The notes: generated from the sequence alone by a model not told the origin. Numbered from the stretch's first letter, positions 11,195 to 23,935 are shown. The stretch: DNA of 34,394 nt from Octopus bimaculoides (GCF_001194135.2 NC_068982.1:26053687-26088080); one strand, 5' to 3'. Translations and numbers: made by a program.

Positions 11195-11330
11195 CACAAC
11201 TAGTACTTATTTTATCGACCCCGAACGAGATGAAAGGTGAAGTCTACTTCGGCGGAATTTGAAATCAGATGGACGAAATGCCACTAGCCATCTTATCCAG
11301 AGTGGTAACAATTGTGCCTGCTCACCATCT
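11195..11330 (+). repeat. Degenerate interspersed repeat (SINE-tail-like)
   Basis: TACTTATTTTATCGACCCCGAA..ATGAAAGG..AAGTC..CGGCGGAATTTGAA motif, which recurs within the window (23240-23440, 13650-13740 plus 17407-17470, 9400-9520, 29140-29230). Confidence 0.65.
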
Positions 11331-11719
11331 TTTATATAATAATGTCTCACTAATGTATATATATATATATATATTTATAAAGAGAGAGAGAGAGAGAGGG
11401 GTTATGATAGGTAATGGTGTCAGTAAGACCCAAAGATGTCAGGCAGTGCTGAGTAAGGGCTATGGATAGACCGTAGTTAAGCTCCAGGTTCGGTGATTAT
11501 GCGAATAAGGAGTCCAACGCAGGTCATATGAAGGTATATCTACCTGCGTATAGAGGGGTGATAATACATACAGATACACGTATATATATGGGTATGCATG
11601 TGTACATATACATATGAGTACGAGTTGTATTTGTAGATATTGATATGTATAAACATCTGTACAAATATATATATACACATGTCTAATATATACATATGTA
11701 CACATCTACACATATATAT

Positions 11720-12440
11720 TTTCTTCTACTACCAAGCACTGACCTGTCCAACCACCTAATCTATATTCCTAAATTCTTCATTCCATACTACTACCCCTCT
11801 CTCTGGCCCATCACTTAGACTCTATCACTACATAACTGACACTCCTTTACTTTTTATACCTCTCTCTCTCTCTCTCTATCACCCCCTTCCTTCTATCTTT
11901 TTACATTCTTATACATTTCTCTCTCTATCACCCTCATCTCCCCATTCCTACTTTCAAATTATCTTGACAGACTACTAACTGGTAAACTTTCCCTTATTAT
12001 CTCTCTCCTTGTTTTTCTTTTTTCTTTTTTCTTTCTTTTCTTTATTCCTCTCTTCCTGTTTTTTCTCTTTTTCTTCTCTTTTCTTTATTCCTCTGTTTTT
12101 GTTTTCGATTTGACCATACAAATACATTCCCTACTTTTAGGTCACTTTAAATAAAATCCTTGATTCAATACCACTGTGTACACCCTCTATACTTGGAATG
12201 ACTAATTTTAGATACTATTGAATTTTACTCACAAGGTATTGAAATCTTATATGTATACCATTCTGTCTAAAAAATGGATCTACAAATGCAATATTCCAGC
12301 ATATCTCAGATCTATTTTCATTCCTCCACCTTACTCTCTATTTCGTATCTTATCTAAATTAACTATTGCTTTCCCACACCGTCTCTGATGAAGAGATTTA
12401 ATAAATAACCTGGAAACAGCTGTAAGACCTATTTATAAAT
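11720..12440 (+). mobile_element. Probable Penelope-like element terminal remnant ending in a hammerhead-like motif
   Basis: Pyrimidine-rich non-coding stretch ending in GTCT-CTGATGA..GAAACAGCTGTA-AGAC. The Penelope assignment is inferred from the known association with minimal hammerheads. No coding remnant seen; boundaries approximate. Confidence 0.35.
12381..12428 (+). ncRNA. Type I hammerhead-ribozyme-like motif (possibly inactive copy)
   Basis: Stem I GTCT/AGAC, core CTGATGA (12385-12391) and GAAAC (12413-12417), palindromic stem III ACAGCTGT, cleavage triplet GTA (12422-12424). Stem II is imperfect. Confidence 0.55.
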
Positions 12441-12503
12441 GTTCTAAAATCTTCACAGCCATGGTTTTTTTTATCTTATTCTGAAAAATATTTTATATAT
12501 ATA

Positions 12504-12696
12504 TTCTTTTGTTTCAGTCATTTGACTACGGCCATGCTGGAGCACCGTCTTTAGTCGAACAAATCGACCCCAGGACTTATTCTTTGTAAGCTTAGTACTC
12601 TTATTCTATCAGTTTCTTTTGCTGAACCGCTAAGTTACGGGGACATAAACACACCAACAATGTTTGTCAAGCGATGGTGGGGGGACAAACGCAGGC

Positions 12697-12738
<42 letters not shown>

Positions 12739-12882
12739 TCGACGGGCTTCTTTCATTTTCTGTCTACCAAATTCACTCACAAGGCTTTGGTTGGCCCGAG
12801 GGTATAGTAGAAGACACTCGCCGAAGGTGCCACGCAGTGGGACTGTACCCGGAAACATGTGGTTGGTAAGCAAGCTACTTTA
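12504..12882 (-). mobile_element. tRNA-derived SINE (abundant octopus-type family) with internal (TA)n
   Basis: The minus strand begins with a tRNA-like head (..GTAGCTTGCTTACCAACCACATG..CCGGGTACAGTCCCACTGCGTGGCACC). The same head occurs at 28480-28590. Family recognised from memory only. Confidence 0.75.
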
Positions 12883-13740
12883 GTGAGAATTATTACATTA
12901 TTATCACGAGTTTCTGATTAAATAAACATGCACAAACGCATATGAGCATAAATGCACACACAGACACACACATATATGCACGGATGCATAAATCAATATT
13001 TTAGTAACCACACAAGAAGGATGGTATCTATTGCAATAGTTTTCGTCGTAATCATCAATATCTGTTATTATGTAATGGATATCATAGGCCTCCGGAAAAA
13101 TAGGAAAATATGAGTTTGTAATATTCATATCATTCGAAAAGACTTTAGACATTCAGTAACCTACCAGAAAAAAAGCATAAACAAAAAACCCCAAAACAAA
13201 CTAGATTTCTGCTATGTTACAATTGAGTTTGCAATCTAAGCTTACTCTTGCTTTAAATGGCTCATCTCAAAAATAAGGGTTTTATTTGAATTTAGATGGT
13301 ACATAAATATAGTGGGAGAAATTTGAAAGTGTGAGATCTCTTCAAGTTGACAGCAAAATAGGATGCTAATATAAGACGTTCATAAGCAACGAGCTGGCAG
13401 GATCGATAGCATGCTGAGAAAAATGCATAGTTCAAATTTCACCGAGATCGACTTTGTCTCCCAAAATTGTTGACCTTGTGCCACAATTTGAAACCGATAT
13501 AAGACGTTCAATTGGTTATTAAATTGTTTCTGCCACGAATTGAAACCGCATCGTGGACTTAACTCGCTGCAGGCATTCTTTTTGTATTACAAGCCACACT
13601 TCACAACAGTAATGAAAATATGTAAAATTGAACACGGTCAAACATTGTGACGGTGCGGCACAATTGATTAAATCGATTTCAGTACTTGGCTACTGATATA
13701 ACTTATCGATCTCTGACGGGTTAAAAACGAAGTTTGCTGC

Positions 13741-14053
13741 TGTTGTGGAGAGAGTCACGACACGCCCTGCGAGGATAGACTTGACCGAACGACTATAAAT
13801 AGTAGCGGCCTGACTGAGAGTAAGAGAGTGTAGGCGTTAATCGTAGGAAGTCGCAAGGTGTCGTTTTGGCAGTTTGTCGGAATATTGTTTTTTGGTTGGT
13901 GTATAGTTCGTGGAGATTTTGTTGGATTGTTACATTGTTGCTACCCTGCGTCGTTATATGTCTTGTTGTTACTACACGGTTATAGTGTAAAAAAGTATCG
14001 TCATAACAACTGGCGATACAACAATATTGGCTACGAGTAACTACGCTACAATA
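13741..14053 (+). repeat. 5' LTR of the gypsy element
   Basis: Starts TGTTGT, contains TATAAATAG and ends ACAATA. Roughly 85% identical to 17098-17406 by hand count. Confidence 0.92.
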
Positions 14054-14055
14054 AT

Positions 14056-14068
14056 TGGCGACGAGGAT
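14056..14068 (+). promoter_or_regulatory. Primer-binding site TGGCGACGAGGAT
   Basis: Lies 2 nt after the 5' LTR. It is complementary to the 3' end of eukaryotic tRNA-Ser(GCU) (...CCTCGTCG-CCA) as I recall it. Confidence 0.8.
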
Positions 14069-17000
14069 TCGAATCTCACGCAGGTCAGTTAACAAATGTT
14101 TGTGATACAAAGCTGTTAATGATGGAATACATATTAGCTTCTATAATACAGACGCAAAAACAGCAGCAAGAGCAGCAACAGGAGTTGCAGAAACAACTAC
14201 TTCAGCAACAAGAAAAACAACAGTTAATGGAGCTACGTCTTAAGAAGTCCGGAAAGACAATAAGTTTGTTTTCTCCAGACGGCGTATCGAACTCTATAGC
14301 AGAATTCAGTTATTACCAAGAGGAGGGTTTAACGTTTACAGCGTACTTTAAAAGGCACGAAGATTGTAAGTCGTGAACGGACAACGAAAAAGTAAGACAA
14401 TTATTACGTAAATTAGCGCCGGAGCTGAACATGAAATATATTGTAAAACTAGTGAAATTTGTTTCCAGGCAACAGTCGAACTACTATGAAAACATATTCA
14501 GTGATAAGAGTTACCAATTTAACACTCGATGAGAGTGTTGAAATCTAGTTAAAAAAGCGGATGAAGACTTTGTCACGTTTGCCGTGAACGTAAACCGAAT
14601 GTGTGAAAGGTGTAAACTGAAGGAACTAACTCCTGATGTGTTTAAATGCCTCATTTTTGTATATAAAGGCTTACGGCAAACAATGGTGCGGATATACGTG
14701 CAAGAATTCTCACAAAACTTGAACAAACGGACCAAAGTTTAACCCTACAGACAGTTGCAGAAGAGTGTCAAAGAATGGTAAACTTACGTCAGGACGTAAA
14801 GAAGATTGAAGAGAAGGAGTTCTCATAAGTACAAGCATGTCGACCGGGAAGGTATAAAAGAAATGTTAAGACCAAACCCATGCTTCAGATGTGTTGCCCT
14901 ACATTTCAGGAAGGATTGTCCTTTCAAAACACAAAAATGTTACAGTTGCCAAAAAGTAGGACGCAAGAGCATAGTTAGGAAGGTCGAATATAAAAAGTGA
15001 TAAAGTTTTCTCAACGGAGATTAGAAGCGACATCAAAAAAGGTAATTTGTGCATGTAAAAGTAATCGAAATGACTATTAAATACTAGTAGCAACATCTTG
15101 ATTATTCATACCGATACGTGGAAAAGAATTGAGAAATCTACGTTAAGAAAAGCATCAAAAATTGCATGAGGCGTGACAGGTGAAAAACTACACTGCGCAG
15201 GCGAAACGTGGAGTGGTATTACATTTCGGGGAAAAACCTGTAGAGCAAAGGTTTTCGTGGTAAAAAACGCAGCCAATCTGTTCGGTATGAACTGGTTGGA
15301 GTTGTTTGATTTATGGGACCTCCCCATAAGTCTGTTCTGTAGGCTGTCCCACCAGTGAAAATAACTCAACAACTGAATTGAAAAAAAAAGAATGTTTAAT
15401 TGTTTCCTGAAGTACTGTCGGATAAATTAGGTCTCTGTTCTAAGACTGAAGCCTGTTTTAAAATAAAGTAAAACATCGTATCTTCCAACCTAATAGAAAT
15501 ATACCATTTCCTGCGATAAAGCAGGTAGAGGAAGAATTAGACAGACTGGAGAAAATGTAAATCATTCAAAAAGTAGATTATTCTAAGTGGGCAGCACCAA
15601 CTGTGTGTAGTAAAAAAAAAAAATCAGGGGATGTGCCGCCACTGCCTACTCTGGAAGATATTTTTGCAAAATTAAATGGTGGCATATTTTCGAAACTGGA
15701 TCTGTCTGATGCATAACTACAAATTAAAGTAGACGAGGAATGCTCGAAGTTTCTAACAATGAATACGCACTGAGGACTATACAAAAATAATAGACTGCCA
15801 TTTTATCTGAAGGTCAAACCGGCAATATTTCAGCAGGTTACGGATGTGATGTCAATTTGCAATTCCGTACCTCGATGATATATTAGTTAAAAAAAGTGAA
15901 TCTCGTGATCAGCATGTATTAATGTACGCACAAAGAGTGGTAGTACCAGCTGCACTACAGAAACGGATATTACATGAATTTCATAGTGGACACCGGGGGA
16001 TGTCAGCAATAAAAGTTTTGACGAGCATTTACCTGTTTTGGTTGAAAATGGACCGAGACATTGAAAATTTGGTAAAAATCATGTAGAAGTTGTGCGCTAG
16101 CAGCCAAGGCACCAACGACGAAATACCAATCGTGACCTGAGATGGATAGCCAGTGGTCCAAACTGCATATGCACTACGCTGGACCAGTGAATTGTTCATG
16201 CTACTTGATCATTGTTGATAACTTTACCAAGTGGCCGGAAGTATGTAGGGGCAGTCAACCTACCTCGAATGTAACACTAAAGTTCCTGCACAAACTTTTT
16301 GCCCGATACGGTGTTCTGGACACCATAGTATCGGACAATGGAATAATTTACAGGATACGAGTTAAAGAAATTTTTCAAAATGCATGCAATCAAGCACATG
16401 TTTGCACTGCCCTACCACCCGAAGTCAAATGGGCAAGCAGAACGATTTGTAGAAACTTTCAAGCGAGCGCTAAAAAGAGCAAGGAACGAGTTAGGAAATG
16501 ACGAAGCGCCAACTAAATTCTTAAGGTTGTTCAGAATAACGCCCAATCTGAATACCAGTTCAGGAAAGTCATCTGCAGAGCTAATGCTCACTCAAAAGAT
16601 TAAATCGATCTTCGACAAATTGTTGCCAAAGGAAAAAAAACCTATAGGGAAAATACAAAAAAATCCAACTAAACATTTTGATGTCGGAGAAAAAGTCCGT
16701 TTCAAAGTATACAAGAACGCTAAAGAGAGTGGGCAGGATGGTATTGTGACTAAAAGAATTGAAAACATGGTGTATTTAATAAAAAAACTAACGATGGGAG
16801 CATAAACGACACCTAAATCAATTAAAAACCAGACATACAGAAGAAAGGAAAGAAATTCCAATGGAAGTATTTTACATGTTTGATGTACCAGCACCGAAAG
16901 AGATTGAGCCTAGAAGGAGCGGTAACAGAAAACATAAACCGATTGAACATTTAGAAATAATTCCGAAGTGGAAAAGTTACTGAACTCCCTAGGGAAGCAA

Positions 17001-17086
17001 GATTTCAGAAAGGGAGAAGTGTTGGAAAGAAAGGAAAAAATATTAATGATAAAATAAACTTCGTTTCCTACAGAAGTCGAAATCTC

Positions 17087-17097
17087 AAAAGGGGAGA
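17087..17097 (+). promoter_or_regulatory. Polypurine tract AAAAGGGGAGA
   Basis: Pure purine run immediately before the TGTTGT start of the 3' LTR. Confidence 0.85.
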
Positions 17098-17406
17098 TGT
17101 TGTGGCGAGAGCTACAACCCCTGCAAGAGTAGACTCAACCGAGCGACTATAAATAGTAGCGGGCTGAGTGAGAGTAGGAGAGTGTAGGCGTTAATCGCAA
17201 GAAGTCGTAGGGAGTCGTTCTGGTAGTTTGTCTGAATATCGTTTGTTGGTTTGTGTATAGTTCGTGGAGAATTTGTTGGATTATTACGTTGCTGTTACAC
17301 TGCTTCGTTGTGTTTTATTGTTACTACACGGTTATAGAGTAAAAAAAGTACCGCCATAACAATTGGAGATACAACAATACTGGCTCCAAGTAACTACGTT
17401 ACAATA
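17098..17406 (+). repeat. 3' LTR of the gypsy element
   Basis: Colinear with 13741-14053; starts TGTTGT and ends ACAATA. Confidence 0.92.
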
Positions 17407-18504
17407 ACTACTGAGCGAGATCAACTTAGAACGTAAATGAAAGTAACTAAATATGGTAAAGCATGTCCATCACTCTAATATGTCTGACTTCCCTTGTCTT
17501 CTTTTACAACAAAAACTGTAAGATATTCAGAACTAACCAAATAACTAAAAAAATACCTTCTAACTAGATAGATGCACGAATAAATAGAATAGTTTGATAG
17601 GTATAAAAATGGAACATACACATACACAAACACATATATAAGAGCAATGTATCTACATAGATACATTTAAAAACAGGTCCACATTACTTAAAAGTTTTAT
17701 GGGCATAGAATACGTTCCGATCATCAGATATTCGGAGAGAGTGTGAGAAGAGACATATTGAAGAGAATATAAATTTCTTTTAAATTCTCTTGTACACCCA
17801 CGAAACTTTAAGTATTCTATCAGTTCTACGAGTTATATTATCAAAAAACATATAATTCCAATTAAACATTATGAGTATCCCTTACTTTTGTCTAATAACC
17901 TATATAAGACCATTGAAGTACACCAAAACACAAAATGTGTGTGTGTGTACGTGTGTGGATTGATCGATAAAAGATAAATCATCACATTATGGTACTGGTA
18001 ATTTACATAAAATTATAAACGCTGCCAAAATAAAGCGATATCTAAATAAAATAAAAATAAAAATTCACCATTTTAATGACATCAATTTGTTTAATTAGGT
18101 TATATAACATTTGACGGGGTATATTCTGTTCACTAGTCACAATGTTGAACGAAATAACATCACATTATATAAATGTTAGTCATGCTGTTTAGCTGCAGTG
18201 GGCGAATGCAGCATTTGGTTATGAGTGTGAGTGCACTTAACCGTTTTAACAAATACATTGTTTGAAACAGCAGGCAACCGTTTTTGTTTCAGGAACCTTA
18301 ATTCCATACATATCCGTTACCGTACATGTTACGTAAGTGGAATTCACCCAGTTTTGCTGAGATGACACATTTACAAGCAGTATCCACACTCCCACGCCTT
18401 ATATACATATATACATAAATATATACCCACAAGCACATACATATATACCCACGCATACACACAATGTGAGAATTACTGTCGAAAGAGTTAAACTGAGTTT
18501 CATA

Positions 18505-18665
18505 AATCCTTCTATCTCTCTCTCTCTCTCTCTTCTTTATACAGAAAAAGAAAGAGAGACAAATAAACATAGAGAGAGATATAGAGAGAGTGATAGATAG
18601 ATAGATAGATAGATAGATAGTTAGATAGATAGATAGATAGTTAGATAGATAGAGAGAGACAGAGA
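18505..18665. repeat. Compound (CT)n, (GATA)n and (GA)n microsatellites
   Basis: Direct reading. Confidence 0.9.
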
Positions 18666-18899
18666 GAAATAGATATATGCGAAAGCAGTGTGGAAGTTAA
18701 ATGTTTGTATTTTAGTCTTACTCAAATTTGAGTTATTGCAAATTTTGCTCGTTTGATCATTCGGCCGTTTTAATAACGCGTATTGAAGCGCTTGAGGATA
18801 ACACGTGCGTTTTGAGACTGTGAGTTTTAGTGACTTAAATTCGAGTTAATATTGGCACCCCCACGTTACACACTCGCACACCCATACATACACACGCAT

Positions 18900-19242
18900 A
18901 CACCCACAACAATCAAGCCAATCGGAAAAATGGGTTGGTCAGTGGTCTCTGTTGCACTGTACAGCCCGGATCTGGCACTGTCCAACTTCAACTTCTATTT
19001 GTTCAATCCAATGAAGAACTGTCTTCGCAGACGAGGTGAAAGGGCTGTAAAGACGTGAGTACAATAATGCAAACAAACCTAAGTAACGTCAACATTTACT
19101 CGAAAGTTAGCTTCAACGATGGCACAAATGCATCGCGTTTGACGAAGATTATGTTGAGTTGCACCTTTGTGACGAGGCAAAGTTACTCTAACGACCTATA
19201 TCAGTTTATAAAAATGCTATGCTCACTTCTGCATTATTTGGT
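18900..19242 (+). mobile_element. Mariner transposase C-terminal remnant
   Basis: MGWSVVSVALYSPDLALSNF..FNPMK (LGWEVLPHPPYSPDLAPSD motif), then LQRWHKCIAFDEDYVE in another frame. Ends at the assembly gap. Confidence 0.75.
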
Positions 19243-19440
19243 NNNNNNNNNNNNNNNNNNNNNNNNNNNNNNNNNNNNNNNNNNNNNNNNNNNNNNNNNN
19301 NNNNNNNNNNNNNNNNNNNNNNNNNNNNNNNNNNNNNNNNNNNNNNNNNNNNNNNNNNNNNNNNNNNNNNNNNNNNNNNNNNNNNNNNNNNNNNNNNNNN
19401 NNNNNNNNNNNNNNNNNNNNNNNNNNNNNNNNNNNNNNNN
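19243..19440. other. Assembly gap (198 N)
   Basis: Run of n. Confidence 1.
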
Positions 19441-19578
19441 GTATGAGTGAATACATGTACTTGCCTAGTTTTATTAAACGGTAATTTCTGAAAAGAATGT
19501 GTTACAAATATATAGCGCTGATGGCGTGATGGACATAGGGAAAGAGAGGGAGCAGCAGCAACAGTATTAATAGTAACA

Positions 19579-19584
19579 GTGGTG

Positions 19585-19657
<73 letters not shown>
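19579..19657. repeat. (GTG)n-(TAG)n compound microsatellite
   Basis: Direct reading. Confidence 0.97.
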
Positions 19658-19658
<1 letters not shown>

Positions 19659-22187
19659 TGATATATGCTAATGATGGGACTAATGATTTAAGACATAACT
19701 GAAAAAATTGGCGAGCGTAAACAATTTAAAAATATAAAGGTTAAACACACTATAGTGAGGACAACAAACGGATGGGTTAGTAGAACAATAGTCAAGAAGT
19801 GGATGGAAAGTCAGGAATTCTAAATGTTTTGTCTGAGGTGTGTTGAAATCAGGGAGTGAAGGTGCGGTGTTCTTTTGAATTAAGCTTGAAGGTCAGGCGT
19901 ATCCAGTTGCTTTTAATGGCAAGGTTCGAACTTTGGCAATCGTAGAAGGTTGGTTGCAAATGTTACAATTTAAAATAGTTTTTTTTCAAAACTCTATCTA
20001 AAAACATGTCCTACGAATGGCAATGTCAAGGCATGATCGTTTTCAGACGGCGGTCAGGAATTACGGATATGAATCTTTGTTCTTACGTCGATTTCGATTT
20101 CTACAACGAAGAAACTTGCGCAATATTTGAATTTCTGATAAAATACCTCAGGCATTGACAAACCTTTGCTCCCACATGCCATCTCAAATTGAACGTAATT
20201 CTTTGACTTTTTGAGCAATTTGGTTATATCAAATTTACTTTTTCTGTGTAAACTATACGCCGAAGGTATGAGACGCGTACGTCAAAATGTGAGTTTCTGT
20301 CTTTAGGTTTAGTAGCATTATTAAATGTTTTCAAATAATATCTTTGTTTGTATATTGCCATGTTCATTTCTCGTATAGAGAAATTCGGAAACAAAAACGT
20401 TTTTCGCATTCTTCTCTCTCAGCAACCGTCAGGTGTGAGTGAGGAAGAAATAAATAAGAGATGTGTGTTTGCTACGAGTCAAAACGGTTACAGAAAAGTT
20501 TCTATAGACGAAGGGCTCAAATCTAGAAATTCCTATTAATGTATTATTATTATTCCTATAATAATATTATTATTCCTATATAATGTTATTATTATTCCTA
20601 CAATGTATAATTAGCTAACACTATTGCCTACATATGTTTGTAGATGGAGCCGAGATGAATAAATTTTAAGGTCCACGAGAAAATGTTTTATAAAAGTGAA
20701 AACATGTCCAACCAGAATTTGTAATGGTGCTCCGTCAAAAGATATATAAATGTTAAGAGCCTGATTTTCGTCAATGTTGTCAGGTGTTTTTGTGTTTCCA
20801 CATTTTCTTGTTTCAGTACTCTTTTTTATTGTGGTGCAAATATTCAGAACTACCTTATTCTTTATTTACTTTCTTACAAATACAGCAAGCTATTCTGAGT
20901 GTTCGGGTGGTTGAGGTCACATAGAAGTTATCTTGCAGGCCAGTGAAGCTCGTTTGTTGGTTGAGCAGTCCACATGTAAGTCTTTAATATGCACTGAGCG
21001 GCAGAAGTTTAGGTAAGTTAATTACAATAGCAAAGAAAGCAAATAGCGAATCACCGGGGGAAAGGTAACACTTAGGTATTAAATTTTCAACGAAAGAATT
21101 TCTGAGTTATCACTTAATCTGTTGGAAGTCTGAGCCGAATCATCCTCAATTCACATCCTACTGTTTTAAAAATGATAGAACACACTTCTAGATACATTGT
21201 CTGGGGGAAAGAACAGATAGGATGTAGTTTCAAGAATTCCTTAACCATATATCAACAAGATCAGGATTTACCTGGGATTCAATTACAACGACTAGAATAT
21301 CAAGAAAATATTTTATTGCCACAGGTCTCTATCTGTCTGGTTTGTATTGACACGAGAGCTGGGTAAAATTAAGATTGAAACCACAAGGAAAGAATTGTTG
21401 TGGTTTTGGTAAAATTAAGCTCCAGGCAGAGTATTTATGATAGGGATCAATTTATGCAATATGCCTTTCCTTTTCCAAGCTAAGATGATGTTTTGAGAGA
21501 AAGTTGATAGCCATTTCTATCAGGTCGAGAGACCAATAGTGTATCTCACATTGCTCGAAAAGAAATGGTGTGTAACCAAAAGGTCTCTCAAAGGTTCTAT
21601 ACTTTAGAAAACATTCATCACTAATATTTATTTATAAACATGAAGTGTAAAGTGTGAATGTAAAGAAAAAGAGGTTAAATCAATATATGCCATTTCCGTC
21701 CTTGAACAAAACCCTCCATATCATTAGCTTCAATTTACAATATACGAAATAAAAGTACTTCAGCCATTGGCTCCTTTCTCTATCAGAATAAAATTCTGAT
21801 ATGACTTACAAGAATGAAAGAAAAGAAAGAAAGAAAATAAAAAAATATGACATCAAAAATATTTCCCAAACAAGTAAAATATGACGATAAAAGCTTTTGT
21901 TCCTGGTGACACAATCTATAATGAATTATAAAATTAAATGAGTAGTACTGTATTTACTTTCGTGCTTTTATACCTATTTGTACTGTATGATATCTGCTAG
22001 TCGGGTTCCATTCTTGTATGTTCTATTTTTGGTTTCCATTCTTTAAATTCCTTTTTAAAAACTAAGGGTTGATCTCCAAGGATCATAGTTTCTTTACTGA
22101 AATTTAGAAGGTAGTTTGTTGTTGAGCTTCAGGTCAATCCTAACCAAGTAGATCTATGATTAAAGGCACTCTAACCGTGACTATCCC

Positions 22188-22188
<1 letters not shown>

Positions 22189-22260
<72 letters not shown>
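22189..22260. repeat. (TA)n-(TG)n microsatellite
   Basis: Direct reading. Confidence 0.97.
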
Positions 22261-22261
<1 letters not shown>

Positions 22262-22888
22262 TTATGTATATCACTAAGTTTTTTTTTTTAAATTTTGTTT
22301 ATACTCTTGTTGTCAGTCCAAAGGTAGTACTGAACTAACAAATCTGGCGATACGTTGGTTGAATCATGGGAGCCGTTCATGTTTCTGAAGTTTCTTTAAA
22401 ATAATGTACCAATTAATTTCTGAGTCTATTTAATATTTCTATAAAGCATGTTAGATGTGAAGGTAATTAAAATAGAAGGCTAAGACCTCTGATCGAAGGC
22501 AATCCAACCGTAATCATCCTGCATCTTTTCCATACAGTATATATTTAAGATTGCGTTATCCGATGTATCCTCCAAATATGACGGTTTGATAGTAATAAGG
22601 GGATTTGATTGATATTTCTACCAGGTTAACCGGCCTCTTAGGATTACTGTCGCAATTACTCTCGGCAGTTCATACAAATTTACGTATAACACTTCTCTTG
22701 ATCATTCACTAAAAAGCACGAATGTCATAGCTTGGCAATTTATTAGTAAAAACTAATTGGTGTCTATCACATAGAAATGTGATGAGCCTAGTTGTAAATT
22801 GTTTCTACTTGTAATTCCTATTTACAGCAGAACCTACATGGGAGCCTCCTTCAGATATAGCAGTCAAATCTCACTCAAATCAAAACTA

Positions 22889-22974
<86 letters not shown>
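22889..22974. repeat. (GT)n-(GA)n microsatellite
   Basis: Direct reading. Confidence 0.97.
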
Positions 22975-22977
<3 letters not shown>

Positions 22978-23239
22978 TGAGAGAGAAAGAAACATGATTG
23001 TCCCTGCTAAAATGACTTTCAGGAGGGAAGTGGAAGTTCTGCTCAGTTAAACAACAACAACAGCAGGTACCTATCTACAGACCGCCATCACTGGTTGCTC
23101 GGCTTGCTAAAAATGCTAGCCAAATCTCCTCCACAGTCTTAGAAAATGAGATGTGGATATAATCCTGGGTTCATTGTGTCTACGAATAAGACGGCATGGT
23201 CTCATCTAAAATATCTTTGATAACAATAATGGTTTCAAA

Positions 23240-23440
23240 TTTTAGAACAAGGCCAACAATTTTAAGAGAGGGACCAAGTCGATTACATCGACCTCACTGC
23301 TTAATTGATACTTATTTTATCGAACTCGAGAGGATGAAACGTAAAGTCGACCTCTGCAGCCTTTGGATTTAGAATGTAAAGCCGGAACAAATGCCTCTAA
23401 ATATTTTGTCCGGCATGTTAACAATTCTGCCAACTCGCCT
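23240..23440 (+). repeat. Degenerate interspersed repeat (same family as 11195-11330)
   Basis: GTCGATTACATCGACC..TACTTATTTTATCGAA..GGATGAAAC.TAAAGTCGACC..TTTAGAATGTAAAG. Confidence 0.65.
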
Positions 23441-23935
23441 CCATATTATATTTTGTCAACATAAATTTAATATCTTTTTCTTCCAATTATATAAAAAAAA
23501 ATCCCCAAAATACAAAACAAAACAAAATTAAGACAAGAAATAAGCCACGATGACTATCAAAATTCCCTTTTGCTGCCTAGAATGTGACATTAATATAAAT
23601 GAAACTAAATGCTCTCATGCGCCTCGCTTTGCTGCATTATACCTTCCTTCTCAGTATTAACCATCTATTTTACTTTATGTTTGTTTCTGTCATCTCCCTC
23701 CACCTCTCTTTGTCTTTGCCTCTATCTTTGTGTTTGTTTACTTTGGTAATATGCACATGTGCACGAACATTTGGACTTAGACAATAGGCAATATTATAAA
23801 TGTACGTTCCTTACCAACTCATTCAAAAAAGTATTCCTATTCTGTTAATCCTCCATTTCTTCTTTGCATACCTTTTTTGTTTTTAATTTCAATTTTATCT
23901 GGTTAGTATTGTCTGTATGTTTTTATTATCCCCGC

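Larger units (their letters stand above)
13741..17406 (+). mobile_element. Ty3/gypsy LTR retrotransposon, degenerate, both LTRs present
   Basis: Direct-repeat LTRs, PBS and PPT are present. Remnants occur in gypsy order: Gag (Q-rich, then CFRC..H..DC and CYSC zinc knuckles), RT (DYSKWAAPTV, PLPTLEDIFAKLNGG, FSKLDLSDA, YLDDIL at 15868-15885), integrase Zn region (HEFHSGH..CRSC) and core (YLIIVD, VSDNG, YHPKSNGQAERFV). Many stops and frameshifts. Confidence 0.95.

Noticed and set aside
12904-13152. 82-aa minus-strand ORF as the missing first exon of the Ig gene
   Set aside because: No signal peptide and no convincing phase-1 donor; it ends in microsatellite-derived sequence.
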